From the NCBI GenBank assembly GCA_040900375.1, contig JBBDZC010000003.1:64586-128585 (forward strand): a DNA stretch of 64,000 nt, read 5' to 3'. The DNA comes from Candidatus Anderseniibacteriota bacterium. Lineage in GTDB: Bacteria > Patescibacteriota > Andersenbacteria > UBA10190. Numbering within the stretch: position 1 is the stretch's first letter; every line of letters begins with the position of its first letter. Both the position numbers and the translations under genes were made by a program. The notes under the pieces are model-generated. The model was not told where the DNA came from. It worked only from the letters and a program-made list of their open reading frames with translations, and made no database searches. This document shows positions 8,744 to 18,986 of this stretch, piece after piece.

Positions 8744-10831
8744 ATGTCACGGCTTCGTACGTTTCACCTCATGCGCACTGTATCCCACCGAAATTTTTTT
8801 CATAATGCAGCTTTCTTATTGCTCCTAAGCTTTGTATTTGGCTTTATTGACCAGTATGCCATTGCTCGCATCCTGCGCTCCTTTGCGGAACTTACTCTTA
8901 TATTTGTGCTGCCGTCTGCCGCTTTGGCACGCATCATTAACAAACACGGCAAGCTTAAATTAGATGCATGGGAAGAGTTAACTATCGCTTCAGCGATTGC
9001 ATTCCTTGTAATTCCCGCTGTCCTTTCGATTGCTATTGCAGTAGCGGGTGTCACGTACACTTTTTTACCGCATGCCATTGCCCTAACAGGGCTAGCGCTG
9101 TATTCATTTTTTGGCACAAAAGGAGGCTCGACACAGGACAAGTTACTGCCACCCCAAACATCTGTTTTTTGGCCCGTAGCTGGCATTCATGTGCTCACCG
9201 CGCTTGTTATGATAAGCGCTTACCCCACGCTTCCTGATCTTGACCCGTACTATTGGCTAGCTCGTACCCAAGAATTTAACTCCGATAATCGTATTGCCAT
9301 ATTGCCTGAACGACCTTTCTTTTTCTCATTTACCTATCTGTTTACTAAAGCCAGCCACGTTGACCCTTTCGCGTTCTTAAAGATAATCGTACCGTTTATC
9401 TCGCTAATGAATCTATTACCTGCTTGGTTGCTGGCTCGCACATATCATTCAAAAATTGCCCAGGCCGTAATCCTTACTCTTCCGCTCTTCGTTCCATCGA
9501 CAATTCAATACCAGCAACTGCCTATGCCGCAGGCTTTGCTTATATTAGCTTTTTATTTCTTCCTTTTTTGGCTTTTATACACAATACGGCGCAATCTATC
9601 CTGGCCATACTTTGCTGCCGGAGTAGCGATTGGATTAGCTTTTTTTTACCACGAAATTGCCGCACTGCCTTTCTTAATTTGGATCCTTATTACGCTCATC
9701 CACACGCGTCAGCAGTGGATATTATTCCTCAAAAAAAATAAGATTGTTGCCATTTTAGTATTACTGCTTGTAGGCACTAACCTAGCAGCTGTAGTGCCGC
9801 TTATAAATTTTGGTAAACGCTGGCTGCACACCCTTAATCCTTATCTCTCAACGCTCAACTTTAACTGGTATTTTCCTGCTCATTTCGTTAACTTCGATGG
9901 CAACAGTGTAGGCTGGTCCGGAGCTGACGGAGTCATTAAATACTATCTTTTTTATGTGGGACCTGTTGTGCTAGTTTTGCTGTTCACAGCGCTATATTGG
10001 ACTCTAAGTTACCCTACAACTGTAAAACATCAGTTCAAGAAAAAAGAAATACAAGTTATTGTAGTTTCTTTTTTAACTTTTTTTGCCATAAGTGAAATAT
10101 TGCCCCGCACTTTCAGTCTTGCATTACTCCCCGAAAGATCCTGGATATTTGCCGGTATTTTGGCGTCTGCTTCTGTTATACTCTTCTTTCATAGGTCTAA
10201 AGCGTTCGTGCCCCAATGCGTCTTACTCCTCTGCACAGTTAGTATTGGAGGCGCCCTCTACATTAATTCCCAGAAAAGATATATTGTCCCCCACTATCAA
10301 GTTGAGTCTGCTCTTTTGATTAACGAACATTTGCCGCCAGGACGCATACTTGTTTCTCGGGGCAATAGTAACCTCCTAACGTTTCACGCTCGTGCTACCA
10401 CTATTCTTACTCCTGCAAATTTCTACTGCGTACCATCAGCGCAGCGAGATCAAATATTGAACGATCGATTAACATTCCAATTAACCCGCGAAACCCAGCT
10501 GTATCCAACAGCCACTACAAATTTTATGAGTGATGTTACTGCGTATTTACAAAATTCAGCACAAATATCGATCGAAGAAATTAGCTCAATTGCCGAAAAA
10601 CATATACGGCCCTTGCTCAGCTACCAGCAAACTCTCGAGTTAGACCAGCTTAAGAAAAATATTTATATTTACTACTACCAAGATGATCCGCTTAACCCTC
10701 TTCGGAATCGTCCATATTATGTTAAAGCCGGTCAGTCACCATGTACCTACCATAATTTTGATTCAGACCCAGGCCTCGAAAAAATATATGATAACAACGG
10801 ACAGGTTCAGATTTGGCGATATAAGTCCTGA
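8744..10831 (+). CDS. large polytopic membrane protein with C-terminal soluble domain, possible GT-C glycosyltransferase or polymerase
   Basis: 695 aa. The N-terminal ~470 aa are highly hydrophobic with many helices. The C-terminal ~200 aa are hydrophilic. No family assigned. Confidence 0.5.
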   Translation: MSRLRTFHLMRTVSHRNFFHNAAFLLLLSFVFGFIDQYAIARILRSFAELTLIFVLPSAALARIINKHGKLKLDAWEELTIASAIAFLVIPAVLSIAIAVAGVTYTFLPHAIALTGLALYSFFGTKGGSTQDKLLPPQTSVFWPVAGIHVLTALVMISAYPTLPDLDPYYWLARTQEFNSDNRIAILPERPFFFSFTYLFTKASHVDPFAFLKIIVPFISLMNLLPAWLLARTYHSKIAQAVILTLPLFVPSTIQYQQLPMPQALLILAFYFFLFWLLYTIRRNLSWPYFAAGVAIGLAFFYHEIAALPFLIWILITLIHTRQQWILFLKKNKIVAILVLLLVGTNLAAVVPLINFGKRWLHTLNPYLSTLNFNWYFPAHFVNFDGNSVGWSGADGVIKYYLFYVGPVVLVLLFTALYWTLSYPTTVKHQFKKKEIQVIVVSFLTFFAISEILPRTFSLALLPERSWIFAGILASASVILFFHRSKAFVPQCVLLLCTVSIGGALYINSQKRYIVPHYQVESALLINEHLPPGRILVSRGNSNLLTFHARATTILTPANFYCVPSAQRDQILNDRLTFQLTRETQLYPTATTNFMSDVTAYLQNSAQISIEEISSIAEKHIRPLLSYQQTLELDQLKKNIYIYYYQDDPLNPLRNRPYYVKAGQSPCTYHNFDSDPGLEKIYDNNGQVQIWRYKS

Positions 10832-10833
10832 GT

Positions 10834-12732
10834 ATGTGCGGCATTACAGGTAAAGTTTCATTTGGTAGTTCAGACATAACTACTGCCGATATAGATCGTA
10901 TGAATAAGGCCGTAGCTCACCGTGGTCCGGACGATGCTGGCATGTATATCTCGCCGGACCACCGGGTTGGCCTGGGCCATCGGCGCCTTGCCATCCTAGA
11001 CCTTACCTCAGCAGGGCGCCAACCTATGCGGTATCGCGACCGGTATGTAATTGTATTTAATGGGGAAATATACAATTTCCAGCAAAAACGTGAGGAACTT
11101 GAAAAAGAAGGGTACCGTTTCAAGTCGCATACCGATACCGAAGTTATTCTCGCATTATATGACAAGTACAAGGAGGGATGCCTTCGGCACTTGCGCGGCA
11201 TGTTCGCCTTTGCTATTTACGACGAACAGAAGCAAACTTTATTCTGCGCCCGTGACCGCGTTGGTAAAAAACCTTTTAAGTACTATTGGGGTAACGACGT
11301 TTTTGTGTTTGCCTCTGAACTCAAAGCTATCCTCACGCAGAGCGAGTATCAGCGAGAGCCCGATTATCTGGCCATCCACCACTACTTAAGCCTGCAGTAT
11401 GTCCCCGCGCCTTTGACGGGGTTTAAAGACATTAGGAAACTCAAACCCGGCCATTTTTTACAGCTCGATATCAAAAAACAAAAGCTGACTGTGAACCGAT
11501 ACTGGCAGCTTGATTTCCGCCACAAACAAACAAAAGCAGCGGCTGATTGGAAAAAAGAAATTATCGACAAGCTGGATGAAGCTACACAGCTGCGCCTTAT
11601 TGCGGATGTGCCGTTGGGAGCCTTCCTCTCGGGCGGCATTGATTCGTCAGCGGTTGTGGCGCTGATGAGTCGGCACAGTGCGAAGCCAGTCAAAACGTTT
11701 TCCATTGGGTTTGAGGAGGCAGGATATAACGAGCTACCGTTTGCCCGGATGGTCGCGAAAAAATTCAAAACCGATCATACGGAGTTTATTGTACGACCCG
11801 AAACAATCGATATTTTGCCAGAGCTGGTGGGGCTGTATGAAGAGCCGTACGCCGACAGCAGCGCTTTACCAACCTACTACTTGAGCAAGCTTACTCGTCA
11901 ACACGTGACAGTTGCCCTTAATGGAGATGGTGGCGATGAGAACTTCGCTGGCTATCCATGGTACGGCGTCCAGAAGTTCACTGACTGGTACCAGAAGCTG
12001 CTGCCGCTCCATAAGCTCACCGCTGCGCCAGCTACCCGTGTGATCAGTCGTCTCTATCCCAACACCTTTACTGATCGAATGCTGCGGTTTGCCCACACAC
12101 TCGACCAACCTACGGCCGCACGCTACTTGAATTACATCTGTTACTTCACCGATGTGCAGAAATCTGACCTGTATGGTCCCCAGCTGCGTCACTTTTTGAA
12201 GGAAGTCAGCTCTGCTGAAATATTAGCCGAGCACTTCGCAGCGGTACCCGATGCTCATCCGGTTGATGAAGCCCAATATGTTGATATCAACACTTATTTG
12301 CCTGACGATCTGCTAGTAAAAGTAGATATCGCGACTATGGCGGTAGCATTGGAAGGCCGGTCACCGTTCCTCGACCATGAATTTCTTGAACTTAGCGCGA
12401 GCATTCCCGCCAACCTTAAACTGCGAGGACTGAACACAAAAAAGTACATTCTCAAGCAAGCTCTCCACGATATATTACCCGACGAGGTATTATATCGACC
12501 CAAAAAAGGGTTTGGCGTGCCCATCGGTACATGGTTTCGCAGTGACTTAAAGAATTACTTGCGGAGCGTTGTTCTCTCTCCACGATCCCTCAGCCGTGGT
12601 CTTTTTGAGGAGGAAGCTATTCAACGCCTCATCGCCACACACAATACTACTACGATTAACCACGCTCCACGCTTATGGGCCTTGTTAACACTCGAATTGT
12701 GGTGGCGGCGGTATTTTGATAGTCAGAAGTAG
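10834..12732 (+). CDS. asparagine synthase (glutamine-hydrolysing) family amidotransferase
   Basis: 632 aa. The N-terminus 'MCGITG' carries the Ntn Cys2 nucleophile. 'RGPDDAG', 'LAILDL' and the PP-loop 'SGGIDSS' are present. The start is 3 nt after the upstream gene's stop. Confidence 0.9.
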   Translation: MCGITGKVSFGSSDITTADIDRMNKAVAHRGPDDAGMYISPDHRVGLGHRRLAILDLTSAGRQPMRYRDRYVIVFNGEIYNFQQKREELEKEGYRFKSHTDTEVILALYDKYKEGCLRHLRGMFAFAIYDEQKQTLFCARDRVGKKPFKYYWGNDVFVFASELKAILTQSEYQREPDYLAIHHYLSLQYVPAPLTGFKDIRKLKPGHFLQLDIKKQKLTVNRYWQLDFRHKQTKAAADWKKEIIDKLDEATQLRLIADVPLGAFLSGGIDSSAVVALMSRHSAKPVKTFSIGFEEAGYNELPFARMVAKKFKTDHTEFIVRPETIDILPELVGLYEEPYADSSALPTYYLSKLTRQHVTVALNGDGGDENFAGYPWYGVQKFTDWYQKLLPLHKLTAAPATRVISRLYPNTFTDRMLRFAHTLDQPTAARYLNYICYFTDVQKSDLYGPQLRHFLKEVSSAEILAEHFAAVPDAHPVDEAQYVDINTYLPDDLLVKVDIATMAVALEGRSPFLDHEFLELSASIPANLKLRGLNTKKYILKQALHDILPDEVLYRPKKGFGVPIGTWFRSDLKNYLRSVVLSPRSLSRGLFEEEAIQRLIATHNTTTINHAPRLWALLTLELWWRRYFDSQK

Positions 12733-12737
12733 AAAGT

Positions 12738-13469
12738 ATGCAGGAGTTGATAAAAAAAATTCTGCCGGCCAATCTCATAAACGGAATATTGGCCATCACC
12801 ACACGGCTTGCCGTCCGATACTATTATTGGAGATATCCGCCGCTTATTATTCGCCCTGGGACGACTGACCTTGGTGTTTTCCAGAGCATTTTTGTTTTGC
12901 GGGAACTGAAGCTGCCCACACCTACGTCCCCTAAGCTCATCATTGATGCCGGCGCGTATACAGGCTTTTCTACCTTGTACTATGCAACTATCTTTCCCCA
13001 AGCCACTGTTATTGCTGTCGAGCCTGAGGCTTCCAACTATGCCGTGCTCGTGCAAAATACGCGGCTACTCCCGAACGTCAGGACAACCCAAGCGGGCTTG
13101 TGGCCAGTTGATGCTTATTTACAAATCATTGATAGAGAGACCGGAAAATGGGGCTTTTCGGTACGGGAGGTGGAGGAGGCGGATGAATACGATGTTAAGG
13201 CTGTTACTATGGATACTATTTTAAAATATTCAGAGTCTACGATCATAGACATCTTGAAGCTGGATATTGAAGGGGCAGAAAAGGAACTATTCAGCCGGAA
13301 CTACCAATTATGGATAAACAAGGTGAATACGATTGTTATCGAACTGCATGATCGGATTAATCCTGGGTGTACGCAAGCTCTTATGGCAGCAGTCGATCCC
13401 AAGCTGTGGAATCACTCCACGGCAGGTGAAAAAGTCATTCTTGTACGCAAGCATCCAATAACGCAGTAA
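12738..13469 (+). CDS. FkbM family SAM-dependent methyltransferase
   Basis: 243 aa. 'DAGAYTGFSTLYYATIFPQATVIAVEPEASNY' and 'DILKLDIEGAE' match the FkbM-domain methyltransferase signature. Confidence 0.75.
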   Translation: MQELIKKILPANLINGILAITTRLAVRYYYWRYPPLIIRPGTTDLGVFQSIFVLRELKLPTPTSPKLIIDAGAYTGFSTLYYATIFPQATVIAVEPEASNYAVLVQNTRLLPNVRTTQAGLWPVDAYLQIIDRETGKWGFSVREVEEADEYDVKAVTMDTILKYSESTIIDILKLDIEGAEKELFSRNYQLWINKVNTIVIELHDRINPGCTQALMAAVDPKLWNHSTAGEKVILVRKHPITQ

Positions 13470-13475
13470 TAGCAG

Positions 13476-14618
13476 ATGGCTTCAAGAAATCAACCAGCAC
13501 ACATACTCCATCTCATAACCGATCTCGATGTAGGCGGCACTGAAAAATCATTGCTCGCTACCCTCCCGCACATCCAGCGGCCGGATATGAGCCATAGCGT
13601 CTGTTGCATTATGGGTAAGGGAGTGATTGGCCAGCAACTCACAGAGCGCGGCATTCCGGTTGTATACCTCGACTACCAGCGATGGTACGACGTAATAAAA
13701 GTTACCTGGCGATTCTACAACCTCTTGCGCCGCATGAAGCCGCATATCCTTGTTACCTACCTCATCCATGCCGACCTATTCGGCCGAATTATTGGTACTA
13801 TTTCTGGTGTACGAACTATCATCTCCTATAAGCGCGGCAGTCTGTTGCAATGGGAGTTCCTGCAAGCTGCTGAATGGCTTACCAAGCATCTCGTCTCTCA
13901 CTACATTACCGTGTCGCGTGAGCTCAAAGATGTGCTAATTACCAAGCTGTATATCTCGCCTGAGAAGATTACCGTCGTACGGAACGGAATAGACACCACT
14001 ACGTATGAACAAACACTGGAAACGCGCAAGCAGGTGCGCACGGCACTGCGTACCCTGCCAGATGAACTCGTCATCGGTATGGTGGCAAAGCTTCGCCGCG
14101 GTAAAGGCCACCGCGAACTCATGCTGGCGCTTAGAAGAGTCAGCGACGCTTTTACAGCGCCGCCTCTCAAGCTGTTTATTGTCGGCGACGGCGATGAAGA
14201 GGAAGCCCTGCGGGCATACGCCGATGAACTCGGTATTGCTGACCAGACTGTATTTACGGGATACCGAAGTGATACCCCCGCCATGCTGGCAGCCGTAGAT
14301 ATTTTTGTCCTGCCGTCCCATTATGAAGGCATGTCGGTTGCACTGTTAGAAGCTATGGCCGCCCAAAAAACTATCATTACGAGCGATATTACTGCCAATA
14401 GGGAAGTTGTTGATGCATCCTGCGCCCTGCTTGTGCCGCCTGGCGACGCCGCCGCCCTCGCAGAGGCCATTACACGCCTCATTGCAGATGAGCCGCTGCG
14501 CGCAGAGCTCGCCCGCAACGCCCGCGAAAAGTGTCGCAAGAATTTTTCCATTGGAATAACGAGTGCCGAACTTCTGAAAATTTTTCAAACCTATGCTGAC
14601 CCAGAAGCCGCTGGTTAG
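13476..14618 (+). CDS. GT4 family glycosyltransferase
   Basis: 380 aa. 'HILHLITDLDVGGTEK' and 'SHYEGMSVALLEAMAAQKTIITSDITANREVV' are GT4 motifs. Confidence 0.85.
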   Translation: MASRNQPAHILHLITDLDVGGTEKSLLATLPHIQRPDMSHSVCCIMGKGVIGQQLTERGIPVVYLDYQRWYDVIKVTWRFYNLLRRMKPHILVTYLIHADLFGRIIGTISGVRTIISYKRGSLLQWEFLQAAEWLTKHLVSHYITVSRELKDVLITKLYISPEKITVVRNGIDTTTYEQTLETRKQVRTALRTLPDELVIGMVAKLRRGKGHRELMLALRRVSDAFTAPPLKLFIVGDGDEEEALRAYADELGIADQTVFTGYRSDTPAMLAAVDIFVLPSHYEGMSVALLEAMAAQKTIITSDITANREVVDASCALLVPPGDAAALAEAITRLIADEPLRAELARNAREKCRKNFSIGITSAELLKIFQTYADPEAAG

Positions 14619-15399
14619 TGTCCTGTTGTCTGTCCACCAGGATGCGCACAGCGAACTAGTAAAAACGCTAGACAGCGTAGTCCGCCAAACGTATCCGCGC
14701 TGGGAGCTTATTACCGTGGACGACGGTTCCATTGACGCTACGCATGACATTTTGACAGATTTTCAAGAACGCTACTCTATACAGGTATTACTTCTAAAGA
14801 ATTCCACTACACTTGGACTTACAAAATCACTGGTGTGCGCAGCCAACATGGCGAAGGGTATATACCTAGCGCGTCTTGACTCGGGCGATGAGTTTGAAGC
14901 TGACAAGCTTTCACAGCAAGTAGCATTCCTTGAGGCACACCCCAATTATGGAATTGTCGGTTGTAATTACATAAACACCCTTTTTCCTGAAGGCGCGTCA
15001 AGAAAGTACCGCCTTCCAGAAACCGATTCCGCCATCCGCAAGACAATCGTGAAAAAAAATCCATTCGCGCACAGCTGCGTACTCCTACGCACCAGCGCAT
15101 ATGAAAAAGTGGGCGGCTACGACCCTGCCATCCGTTATGGACAGGACTATGACCTGTGGTTCCGGATGCTTACCCTTGCAAAAGCAGCTAATTTGCCTGA
15201 TTTCCTATGCCGCCGGACGATACACAAAGGATCCATTTCGTACCAAAAGCAGAGAGCGCAAATGTTTCAGTGTGTGAAGACCCAATGGAAATACATGGAT
15301 AAGACGAACCCGCTCCACTATGCGTACCTACTCGAGCCGTTGCTCTTAGCGGCCATGCCACAGCAAGCGACGCGCGGGCTGCGATCACTTTTGCGCTAG
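14593..15399 (+). CDS. GT2 family glycosyltransferase
   Basis: 268 aa. 'VSVLLSVHQDAHSELVKTLDSVVRQTYPRWELITVDDGSIDAT' and 'ARLDSGDEF' match the GT2 DXD-type fold. Overlaps the upstream gene by 26 nt. Confidence 0.8.
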   Translation: MLTQKPLVSVLLSVHQDAHSELVKTLDSVVRQTYPRWELITVDDGSIDATHDILTDFQERYSIQVLLLKNSTTLGLTKSLVCAANMAKGIYLARLDSGDEFEADKLSQQVAFLEAHPNYGIVGCNYINTLFPEGASRKYRLPETDSAIRKTIVKKNPFAHSCVLLRTSAYEKVGGYDPAIRYGQDYDLWFRMLTLAKAANLPDFLCRRTIHKGSISYQKQRAQMFQCVKTQWKYMDKTNPLHYAYLLEPLLLAAMPQQATRGLRSLLR

Positions 15400-16515
15400 C
15401 ACAGTTTTGAATATTTCAATACTGCGCCGAATTGCCGTCTGCGCCTCGCAGTGGGCCATGACAAATTCGCGGGCGCGTACTCCAAAGCGTTCCTGCAGCT
15501 CTTTTGCTTCTAGCACGTCCGTTATTGCTTGGCGCAGGTCCGCCGGCCTCGGTGTACTTAAGTACCCGCTCACCTTATGATCGATTATTTCGTTGATGCC
15601 GCGGACGTTGTATCCAACCACCGCCAAGCCGCAGCTCATGGCTTCGAGCAGCGCCTTAGGGCTATTTTCATACTGTGATGGCGCGGCAAACACAGCGTAC
15701 TGAGATAGCTCCTGAGCCAGTTGGCGGGCAGGAACATTCCCGCGGAAATGCGCTAGTATCTTATGCTCTTCTGCAAACCGCTGTAGCTGTCCTTGCATGC
15801 TGCCAGAACCATAGATGGTCACTGCTACAGGCAGCCCAATCACAGCCTCAAGCAAGTCCCGCGGATTTTTTTCTGGTTCCAGCCTCCCGACGTACACGAT
15901 GCTGTTTGGTATTTTTTTTACCGGCATCGGGCGGAACAGCGACGTATCCACAGGATTGCGTATCAGCTCAATGCGGCCAGGATCAATAGCATAGCGTTCC
16001 GTAACATAGTCCTTCGCAAATTGGGATGTAACAACGATATAATCAGCCGCGCGGTACGTAATCCATTCCAAAAAAAGAGCCAATCGCTTGGTGAGAGCCC
16101 CCTTAAGTCCTGGCGCGAAGTCCGACAATGCCCACTGATATCCGCAGTGAAGGACAAACTTTTTCCGGTACAAAACCTTCGCTAGGGCGGCAGCCCATGC
16201 GCCCTCCATTTGCGCAGAGTAGTACAGGTCAGTTCCTTTTAACTCACGGCGGTAGGCAAACGGAATCAACAGGCTGTAGACCCAGGCGGGAAGCGGCCAT
16301 TTTTTTGGCAGCACAACAATATTTTTTTTAAGAAAGTCAGTATAGGCGAGATCCTCCCGCCCGCCGTAGGATAACAAGTAGAAGGTGTTGAAATGGTCGG
16401 CCCAGGCATTGTAGGTCACGGTACCAGTTCCACCGTCAAGCCAGCCGCGTTCTTTCCACAGCCGGACGGATGTGCCGCTCGTTAAGAACAATGCCGCATT
16501 CATGGACATATACAT
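15385..16515 (-). CDS. GT4 family glycosyltransferase
   Basis: 376 aa. 'YVGRLEPEKNPRDLLEAV' and 'SQYENSPKALLEAMSCGLAVVGYNVRGINEII' are GT4 motifs. It converges with the plus-strand GT2 with a 15 nt overlap. Confidence 0.85.
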   Translation of the reverse strand: MYMSMNAALFLTSGTSVRLWKERGWLDGGTGTVTYNAWADHFNTFYLLSYGGREDLAYTDFLKKNIVVLPKKWPLPAWVYSLLIPFAYRRELKGTDLYYSAQMEGAWAAALAKVLYRKKFVLHCGYQWALSDFAPGLKGALTKRLALFLEWITYRAADYIVVTSQFAKDYVTERYAIDPGRIELIRNPVDTSLFRPMPVKKIPNSIVYVGRLEPEKNPRDLLEAVIGLPVAVTIYGSGSMQGQLQRFAEEHKILAHFRGNVPARQLAQELSQYAVFAAPSQYENSPKALLEAMSCGLAVVGYNVRGINEIIDHKVSGYLSTPRPADLRQAITDVLEAKELQERFGVRAREFVMAHCEAQTAIRRSIEIFKTVLAQK

Positions 16516-17790
16516 CTAGTGCTGAATGAACGAGCAATTCAATTTAACGCGGCCCCGACGAAATGATTCAAGCAACCCTTCTAAGTCTTGCCAAAACACT
16601 TCTGCCACGCGGGCCGGTGTAAAGCGGGACATTACTAGTTCATAACCGCTGGTTGCTATCCGTTCCAGTTCCTGCGGCCGATTCTGATAGTATGTAATTT
16701 TGGCGACGAGGTCTTTCAAATTTGCGTCTTTGTATGCGATGTAGTTTACGCCGTCCTGAAAGCCAATCAGCGTGTACATAGGGTCATCAATCCCTACAAG
16801 TATGGACCCGCATAAAATTCCCTCGAACAACTTCATGGAGGGTATTCCCGTGCGCTCTTCGGGGGTACAAAACATCATGTGCTGGTTGTACTTTTCGACA
16901 ATATTAAAACTGTAGTAAGGCAGCTTATACCCCAATACACTGGTCAGTACCCACGCAGGGAACGCGCGTTTGACCACGCGGGTAAATGCACTGTCTCCTG
17001 GTTGAATTTTCCTCATCTTCTCGACCGCAACCGCGTGGGGGTAAATGTAGGTCGCCAGGGTGTCCTGGGTTTTATCCTGGTTATCGAACAGCGCCTGTCG
17101 CATGGGGTTAAGGGCTGTTCCTCTCCCGTAGTATTGCACGTATGCTGCAGAAGAAGGCACGCTCATGGGTCCGCACGCGAAGCAGGTGTTCTTGCGCTGC
17201 TGAAATGGCTGCTTGCGCTTAAACCGCTTCCCTTCAAAAGTAAAAGGAAGTAAGTACGTTTTGCTGGACGCTCCAGGAAAGTAGTGGGTAAAGTAGTCGT
17301 TACGGGCTACGTCTCCTTCCGCCACAACAAACCCATATGATAAGCGCGAAAAGAAATTAGCGATCTTCTCCGTGCGCAAATGGTAGTGGCTCAAATGCAC
17401 CAGCACAATCCCCTTGTAGTCACACACTGTACTGTTAAAATCTGTAAACCCAAACACTAGAACAATGTCTTCATCTGGGTTCAACTGCATGTGGCTTATG
17501 TATGACGCGTGTTGCTGGCTATTTACCGCATTGAGGCGTTTCCAGAGCCAAAACTCAAGTGAGGTGCATAGCTTCAAGAGTATAGGCACACGTGCAATTG
17601 TTTTTTCAAACAGTGTGGTCTGATAGAAAGACGATTGCGTGCCGTCTGCCAGAAACGCAACCTCCCGCCCCTGTGCCGGCGCCTCTCGCCATAAATAAGT
17701 GTACTTCTGGTGCTGGGGAAACCGGAACAGCCAATTAAACACCATGTTGCCGCATTGATTGGCGTGTGGATTTAGGATAACAAGCCGCAT
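16516..17790 (-). CDS. CgeB-like glycosyltransferase (Glyco_trans_1_2-type C-terminal domain), paralog of 21889..23202
   Basis: 424 aa. The C-terminal 'EGILCGSILVGIDDPMYTLIGFQDGVNYIAYK' resembles the GT4-like nucleotide-sugar site. The protein is similar end to end to ORF 21889..23202, for example in the shared ending '...FWQDLEGLLESFRRGRV' versus '...FWKDLEYFSNVFSRGKRV'. Confidence 0.6.
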   Translation of the reverse strand: MRLVILNPHANQCGNMVFNWLFRFPQHQKYTYLWREAPAQGREVAFLADGTQSSFYQTTLFEKTIARVPILLKLCTSLEFWLWKRLNAVNSQQHASYISHMQLNPDEDIVLVFGFTDFNSTVCDYKGIVLVHLSHYHLRTEKIANFFSRLSYGFVVAEGDVARNDYFTHYFPGASSKTYLLPFTFEGKRFKRKQPFQQRKNTCFACGPMSVPSSAAYVQYYGRGTALNPMRQALFDNQDKTQDTLATYIYPHAVAVEKMRKIQPGDSAFTRVVKRAFPAWVLTSVLGYKLPYYSFNIVEKYNQHMMFCTPEERTGIPSMKLFEGILCGSILVGIDDPMYTLIGFQDGVNYIAYKDANLKDLVAKITYYQNRPQELERIATSGYELVMSRFTPARVAEVFWQDLEGLLESFRRGRVKLNCSFIQH

Positions 17791-17849
17791 AGCTACTTAA
17801 GCAAGGCGGATAAATGGACTGCTCTGAAAATTGATATTCTTTTGATACG

Positions 17850-18986
17850 TCATGGTTTGGCGGCTATCAGGCTCTGCAATAGCGCCTGGTACTTTTTGAT
17901 TACGGCTGGCAGGTTGTGGTGCTCCCGTGCATACTGGTATGCACGTTCCGACATTGTACTGCGCAGTTCCCCACGGCTCAATATTTCGCCAATGTCTGCG
18001 GTCAGCCGCAAAAAATCACCTCCGGCCGCCTTTCCAAATGCATACGTGTGCAAGATGTTATCGGGATTCACCTGCAGCGCTGCGATCGGCACTCCCCATT
18101 TAGCTGCCTGCACGTACGTGTTCGGGAAGCCTTCCTGGAGGGATGTGTTCACGAACAGCAGTGCCTTCTGAAAGTACCCATCGATTTCCGCAAATGGGAC
18201 CTGTGAGCGGACGGTAATATTACTGTGTTCTGCCAAAGAATCCTGCAGTGCAAGAGGGTCGGAGTTAGTAACGAGCATAAATTTTTGATGCGGGAAATGT
18301 TCCGCGAGGCGGATAAGAATCTCCGGTTGTTTCGAGGGCACGAGCCGTCCCACCCACAGGAGGTATTCCCTGCCCGGCGCAGTGCCGGCATGCGGCGGCT
18401 CAACGGGATACATAGTGTTTATAGGCATGGCCTTGATACCCATATTCTTCTGAAACGCCAATCGCTGTCCTTTGTGTTGGCATACAACGGCATCAGCTGT
18501 GCGTAGGGCATAGGAAAATAACCAATTGATGTACCACGGGTGGCTGGCAAAGAAGCTACCGTCACTGTCCCGGTCATGGGCTGATGAGTATATAAATGCT
18601 CGGCCCAGAAGCCCCTTAGCCACCAGCGCGACTTTACCGGCAAACGAACCGCCGCCACGGACAATATACACGTCCGCGGATGTTTTTTTCATCGCCCGCC
18701 ACAGCTTCCAAAAATCTGCTAACCCATCGATGAAAATATTGCGCCGGCCGCATTTCACCGTCTTATAAATAAGGACCCTGCATTCCCCGATTAGGATTTC
18801 CTCCTGCGAAGGCTGCTCGTTGTAAAAATCACCTACCAAGAAACTCACCGCCATGCTGGTATGCTGCGCTAGACCAGTTCCTAAATAGTACTGTTGGATT
18901 TCCGAGCCGCTAAACGACTGCGCATGTATATCATCAGGGTGAAACAGCCGGTACGCGTATAAAGAAACAATGCACACGTTGGTCAT
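17850..18986 (-). CDS. GT4 family glycosyltransferase (start re-assigned to internal Met)
   Basis: 'LLWVGRLVPSKQPEILIRLAE' and 'NTSLQEGFPNTYVQAAKWGVPIAALQV' are GT4 motifs. The longest ORF begins at 19136, but that would overlap the upstream methyltransferase by 153 nt. The Met at 18986 ('MTNVCIVSLYAY') instead forms a canonical ATGA stop/start overlap with that gene. Confidence 0.8.
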   Translation of the reverse strand: MTNVCIVSLYAYRLFHPDDIHAQSFSGSEIQQYYLGTGLAQHTSMAVSFLVGDFYNEQPSQEEILIGECRVLIYKTVKCGRRNIFIDGLADFWKLWRAMKKTSADVYIVRGGGSFAGKVALVAKGLLGRAFIYSSAHDRDSDGSFFASHPWYINWLFSYALRTADAVVCQHKGQRLAFQKNMGIKAMPINTMYPVEPPHAGTAPGREYLLWVGRLVPSKQPEILIRLAEHFPHQKFMLVTNSDPLALQDSLAEHSNITVRSQVPFAEIDGYFQKALLFVNTSLQEGFPNTYVQAAKWGVPIAALQVNPDNILHTYAFGKAAGGDFLRLTADIGEILSRGELRSTMSERAYQYAREHHNLPAVIKKYQALLQSLIAAKP